64,000 bases of DNA. Origin: Hydrurus foetidus (taxonomy: Eukaryota). Both the position numbers and the translations under genes were made by a program. The stretch's first letter is position 1; each line of letters opens with the position of its first letter. Positions 60,361 to 64,000 of the stretch are shown here, one piece after another. The stretch is taken from the NCBI GenBank assembly GCA_900617105.1, contig UYFQ01000004.1, forward strand, positions 310,001 to 374,000, in the 5' to 3' direction. The notes beneath the pieces are model-generated. The model worked only from the letters and a program-made list of their open reading frames with translations, did no database searches and had not been told where the DNA came from.

Positions 60361-61625
60361 GATGTCACCCCTTCCTTTTTAAAGAGGTCGCGGAACACAG
60401 GGTAGATTTGCGACTGCTCAACAGCTTTGCGCATGGCAAAGTTGGCGTGTTCACCCTCCAAGTTTTGGTATTCCTGCCACAGATTTTGTTCTTCGTCCGC
60501 CACCTGCACGTAGGCAAAGTAGCGGCACAGGGGCAAAATTTTGTCGGACAGCAGCGTGCGGCAACGGGTGCTGTCGTTGGTGTAGTTATCGCCATCGCTA
60601 GCCTGCGCGCCGTAGATGTTCCACTCGCCGCTAGGGTAGCGGGCAACCATGATTTGGTGCATCAGCACCAAGGCGCTGCTGACCACGGTGCCGCCGCTTT
60701 CTTTGGCGTGGAAGAACGCATCTTCGTCCACCTCTTGGGCCTGGGTATGGTGGCGGATGAACACGATGTCGATCTTGTCGTAATGCCGAGTGAGGAACAA
60801 ATAAAGCAGGATGAAAAAGCGTTTGGAGAGGTCTTTGCGTGCTTCATCCATCGAGCCAGACACGTCCATCAGGCAGAACATCACAGCTTTGCTGGTAGGC
60901 ACAGGCACTTTGACACGGTTGCGAAAGCACAAGTCAATGGGGTCAAGGAAAGGGATTTTTTTGAGGCGCTTTTCCAGTAGCGCGATCTCGCGTTCCAGGG
61001 CTTCAATGTCTGCAGCGCGGTCTTCGGGGAAGCGTTTGAATTCGGCCAGCAGCGCTTGTTTTTCTTCGAGTTCGCGGCGGGGCGAATTACCCAGGGCGAT
61101 GCGGCGGCCCAAAGCACCGCGCATGGAGCGCACCACATGCAGGTTGTTGGGCGTGCCGTCATGGCTGTAGCCTGCGCGGTGGCTTTTCCACTCGGGGTTG
61201 TCGCCTATCTGGGTGCGCAACAGGTGGGGCAAGGCGAGGTCTTCAAAGAAGATTTGCATGAACTCTTCTTTGCTGAGCGTGAAGGTGAAATCGTCTTCGC
61301 CCTCACCGGAATCGCTGGCTTGGCTACCACCACCGCCCGCACCGCCTTTGGGCCGGGCAATGCGGTCGCCGCGCAGGTAGTCTTGGTTGCCAGGGTGAAC
61401 CGTTTCGCGCGTGCCGCCCTGACCGTGGTGAAAAGTCGGCTCGCTGATGTCGCGCTTGGGGATGGTGATGCTCTCTGACTGTTCCATGTTGCGAATGTCG
61501 CGGCCGGAAACAGCACGGTGCACAGCATCGCTGATTTGCGATTTGTAACGGCGCAAAAAGCGCTCGCGGTTGCCTACGGACTTGTTTTTGCCCGCCAACC
61601 TTCGGTCAATGATTTGCAGTGACAT
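60357..61625 (-). CDS. yeaH: YeaH/YhbH family protein (UPF0229, vWA-like)
   Basis: IDRRLAGKNKS.GNR.RF, AVMFCLMDVSGSM, ESGGTVVSS, SDGDN. Confidence 0.95.
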   Translation of the reverse strand: MSLQIIDRRLAGKNKSVGNRERFLRRYKSQISDAVHRAVSGRDIRNMEQSESITIPKRDISEPTFHHGQGGTRETVHPGNQDYLRGDRIARPKGGAGGGGSQASDSGEGEDDFTFTLSKEEFMQIFFEDLALPHLLRTQIGDNPEWKSHRAGYSHDGTPNNLHVVRSMRGALGRRIALGNSPRRELEEKQALLAEFKRFPEDRAADIEALEREIALLEKRLKKIPFLDPIDLCFRNRVKVPVPTSKAVMFCLMDVSGSMDEARKDLSKRFFILLYLFLTRHYDKIDIVFIRHHTQAQEVDEDAFFHAKESGGTVVSSALVLMHQIMVARYPSGEWNIYGAQASDGDNYTNDSTRCRTLLSDKILPLCRYFAYVQVADEEQNLWQEYQNLEGEHANFAMRKAVEQSQIYPVFRDLFKKEGVTS

Positions 61626-61676
61626 GGCGCTCCTCCTTTGTTATCAAGGGGATTCCACTCCCCCTTGCGTGGGATC

Positions 61677-63599
61677 TCAGGAACTCTTGCGAACGCGTAA
61701 ATACCATTCGCAGAGCAGGCGCACCTGCTTGGCGGTGTAACCCTTGTCCACCATCCGAGTCACAAAGTCTTCGTGCTTGCGGGCTTCGTCGGCACTGGCT
61801 TTGGCGTTGAAGCTGATGACGGGCAGCAGCTCTTCGGTGTTGGAGAACATCTTTTTCTCGATCACCAAACGCAGCTTTTCGTAGCTCGTCCAACCGGGGT
61901 TTTTGCCCTGGTTGTTGGCCCGCGCACGCAGCACAAAATTGACGATTTCGTTTCTGAAATCTTTGGGGTTGGCGATGCCTGCGGGCTTCTCTATTTTTTC
62001 AAGTTCTGCGTTCAGCGCCACCCGGTCAAACACCTCGCCGGTATCGGTGTCGCGGTACTCATTGTCTTGAATCCAGTAGTCGGCGTAGGTGACGTAGCGG
62101 TCAAAAATGTTTTGCCCGTATTCGCTGTAACTCTCTAAATACGCCGTCTGGATTTCTTTGCCAATGAACTCGGCGTAGCGCGGCGCGAGGTACTCTTTGA
62201 TGAAGCCGGTGTACTTGGTTTCAAGCTCTTGCGAGAACTGCTCACGCTCAATTTGCTGCTCCAAGACGTACATCAAATGCACCGGGTTGGCCGCCACTTC
62301 GGAGCTGTCAAAGTTGAAGACTTTGGAGAGGATTTTGAAGGCAAACCGCGTCGAAACACCGCTCATGCCTTCGTCCACGCCAGCGTAATCGCGGTACTCC
62401 TGGAAGCTCTTGGCGCGAGGGTCGGTGTCTTTCAAACTCTCGCCATCGTAGACCTGCATTTTACTTTGCAGGCTGGAGTTTTCAGGCTCTTTCAGTCGCG
62501 TCAAAATCGAGAACTGGGCCATCATTTTGAAAGTGCCGGGCGCGCATTTTGCCGCACCGAGGGACGAATCGCGGATCAGCTTTTCATAGATTTTGGTTTC
62601 TTCGCTCACCCGCAAACAGTACGGTACTTTAACGATGTAGATGCGGTCTAAAAAGGCCTCGTTATTTTTATTGTTGCGAAAGGTTTTCCACTCGCTCTCG
62701 TTACTGTGGGCCAGCACCACGCCATCAAAAGGTATAGCACCAAAACCTTCTGTACCCTTGTAGTTACCCTCTTGCGTGGCCGTCAAAAGCGGGTGCAGCA
62801 CCTTGATGGGGGCTTTGAACATTTCCACGAATTCCAGCATTCCCTGGTTGGCCAGGCACAGGCCACCTGAGTAGCTGTAGGCATCGGTGTCGTCTTGCGA
62901 AAAGTTCTCTAGTTTGCGGATGTCCACCTTACCCACCAGCGAGCTGATGTCTTGGTTGTTTTCATCGCCCGGCTCGGTCTTGGCGATGCCGATTTGCTTG
63001 AGCGTGTTGGGGTAACGCTTGACGATTTTGAACTGGCGAATGTCGCCCCCAAACTCATCGAGCCGCTTCACCGCCCAGGGCGACAAAATACGTTGCAGGT
63101 AGCGGCGGGGGATGCCGTAGTTTTCGTGCAAGATGGGCCCGTCTTCAACCGCATCAAACAGTGCCAGCGGGGTCTCATTCACCGGCGAACCTTTGATGGC
63201 GTAGAACGGCACTTGCTGCATCAGGTGCTTCAGGCGCTCAGCGATGGAGCTTTTGCCTCCGCCCACTGGCCCGAGTAAATACAAGATTTGCTTGCGCTCT
63301 TCCAGCCCCTGCGCGGCGTGGCGGAAGTAGCTGACGACCTGCTCTATCGCGTCTTCCATGCCGTAGAACTCGGCAAAGGCGGGGTAGCGTTTGATGACCT
63401 TGTTGGCGAACAGGCGCGAGAGGCGCGGGTCATTGCGGGTATCGAGCAACTCCGGCTCGCCAATGGCGCTGAGCATGCGCTCGGCGGCGGTGGCGTAGGC
63501 CAGCGGATTGCGTTTGCACTCCGCGAGGTACTCGTCGATGGAGAGTTCTTCTTCGCGGCTGCGGGCATACCGAGCGACGAAATTGCCAATTGCATCCAT
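61677..63599 (-). CDS. prkA: PrkA-family AAA+ ATPase/serine protein kinase
   Basis: LLGPVGGGKSS, EPGDENNQDIS.LVGK, EFVEMFK, NEAFLDR; GGAGG RBS. Orthologue of yeaG. Confidence 0.96.
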   Translation of the reverse strand: MDAIGNFVARYARSREEELSIDEYLAECKRNPLAYATAAERMLSAIGEPELLDTRNDPRLSRLFANKVIKRYPAFAEFYGMEDAIEQVVSYFRHAAQGLEERKQILYLLGPVGGGKSSIAERLKHLMQQVPFYAIKGSPVNETPLALFDAVEDGPILHENYGIPRRYLQRILSPWAVKRLDEFGGDIRQFKIVKRYPNTLKQIGIAKTEPGDENNQDISSLVGKVDIRKLENFSQDDTDAYSYSGGLCLANQGMLEFVEMFKAPIKVLHPLLTATQEGNYKGTEGFGAIPFDGVVLAHSNESEWKTFRNNKNNEAFLDRIYIVKVPYCLRVSEETKIYEKLIRDSSLGAAKCAPGTFKMMAQFSILTRLKEPENSSLQSKMQVYDGESLKDTDPRAKSFQEYRDYAGVDEGMSGVSTRFAFKILSKVFNFDSSEVAANPVHLMYVLEQQIEREQFSQELETKYTGFIKEYLAPRYAEFIGKEIQTAYLESYSEYGQNIFDRYVTYADYWIQDNEYRDTDTGEVFDRVALNAELEKIEKPAGIANPKDFRNEIVNFVLRARANNQGKNPGWTSYEKLRLVIEKKMFSNTEELLPVISFNAKASADEARKHEDFVTRMVDKGYTAKQVRLLCEWYLRVRKSS

Positions 63600-63911
63600 A
63601 GGGCCTCCTGCTTCAGTTCAGCCGCATCCGGGATAGGGTGCTGCTGTGGTGGGTTAGGGTCAGATTGCTGCTTACAAGTTCATTTAATCACTAAACCCAA
63701 TACCCTACACGCTGGTCTGGTCGATCAATATAAAACCACTATCGGAACCACCAATTTCCCCCAACTACTACAAGACCTACGGAACCTGTGTCAGACTTGA
63801 ACGCCCCCATGAATTGTCTGGCCAATGGGCAGGGGAAACATCTACTGGTTCACGGGGTACAGACGCGCACAAGCGCTTGCATCAACACGCTTAAGAAGCA
63901 CCTTTTTTCCT

Positions 63912-64000
63912 ATGACCTTACTCACCCGCCTCGCCGCCTGCACACGCACGATCAACACCCAGACACGCAAAATTACAGCCCTGACGCGGCCCTACTTTCA
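63912..64000 (+). CDS. Partial CDS (5' end only), possibly a membrane/ABC transporter
   Basis: ATG 63912 opens MTLLTRLAACTRTINTQTRKITALTRPYF, which runs off the window; too short to assign. Confidence 0.35.
   Translation, partial: MTLLTRLAACTRTINTQTRKITALTRPYF

Noticed and set aside
63600..63900. sigma54 promoter expected for prkA/yeaG
   Set aside because: The best candidate (TGACAC-AGGT-TCCGT on the minus strand) lacks the invariant GG and GC.

Overview
GC-rich betaproteobacterial chromosome segment. Gene content (Bug/TTT receptors, glcB, gspLMNDEF order) suggests Comamonadaceae, Rhodoferax-like; this is inference. I can support about 49 genes and saw no rRNA, tRNA, CRISPR array, IS element or prophage. 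In order, the window holds: an NMT1-PAS-GGDEF diguanylate cyclase; a LysR/M14-type hydrolase/Bug unit; a PLP aminotransferase; a pyrimidine-type ABC transporter with RutR (sigma54, NtrC and RutR boxes are readable upstream); a TlpA redoxin; a REC-TPR protein; MYG1; katG; glcB; a MauG-type di-heme lipoprotein with a BaeSR-like pair; a nitronate monooxygenase/FabK-like flavoprotein; a GNAT; an MCP; a TctDE-like pair divergent from phnDCEE and a glycerophosphodiesterase; an esterase next to a hydrolase::acyl-CoA ligase fusion; a PemK/MazF-type TA pair; hppD; a secreted hydrolase with a Bug receptor; an isochorismatase; a partial T2SS (gspLMNDEF); a 5'-nucleotidase; a ~1920-aa lipoprotein; and prkA-yeaH-spoVR. 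Two things stand out. (1) The giant lipoprotein fuses a complete galactose-oxidase-type copper radical oxidase to three lectin-like modules, a YVTN propeller and a di-heme MauG/CcP-type peroxidase, which looks like a self-contained H2O2-producing and H2O2-consuming surface enzyme. (2) A dispersed ~55-bp GCTA-N9-TAGC element occurs 7-8 times, about half of them inside genes, always in the same frame and mostly encoding signal or transmembrane segments.
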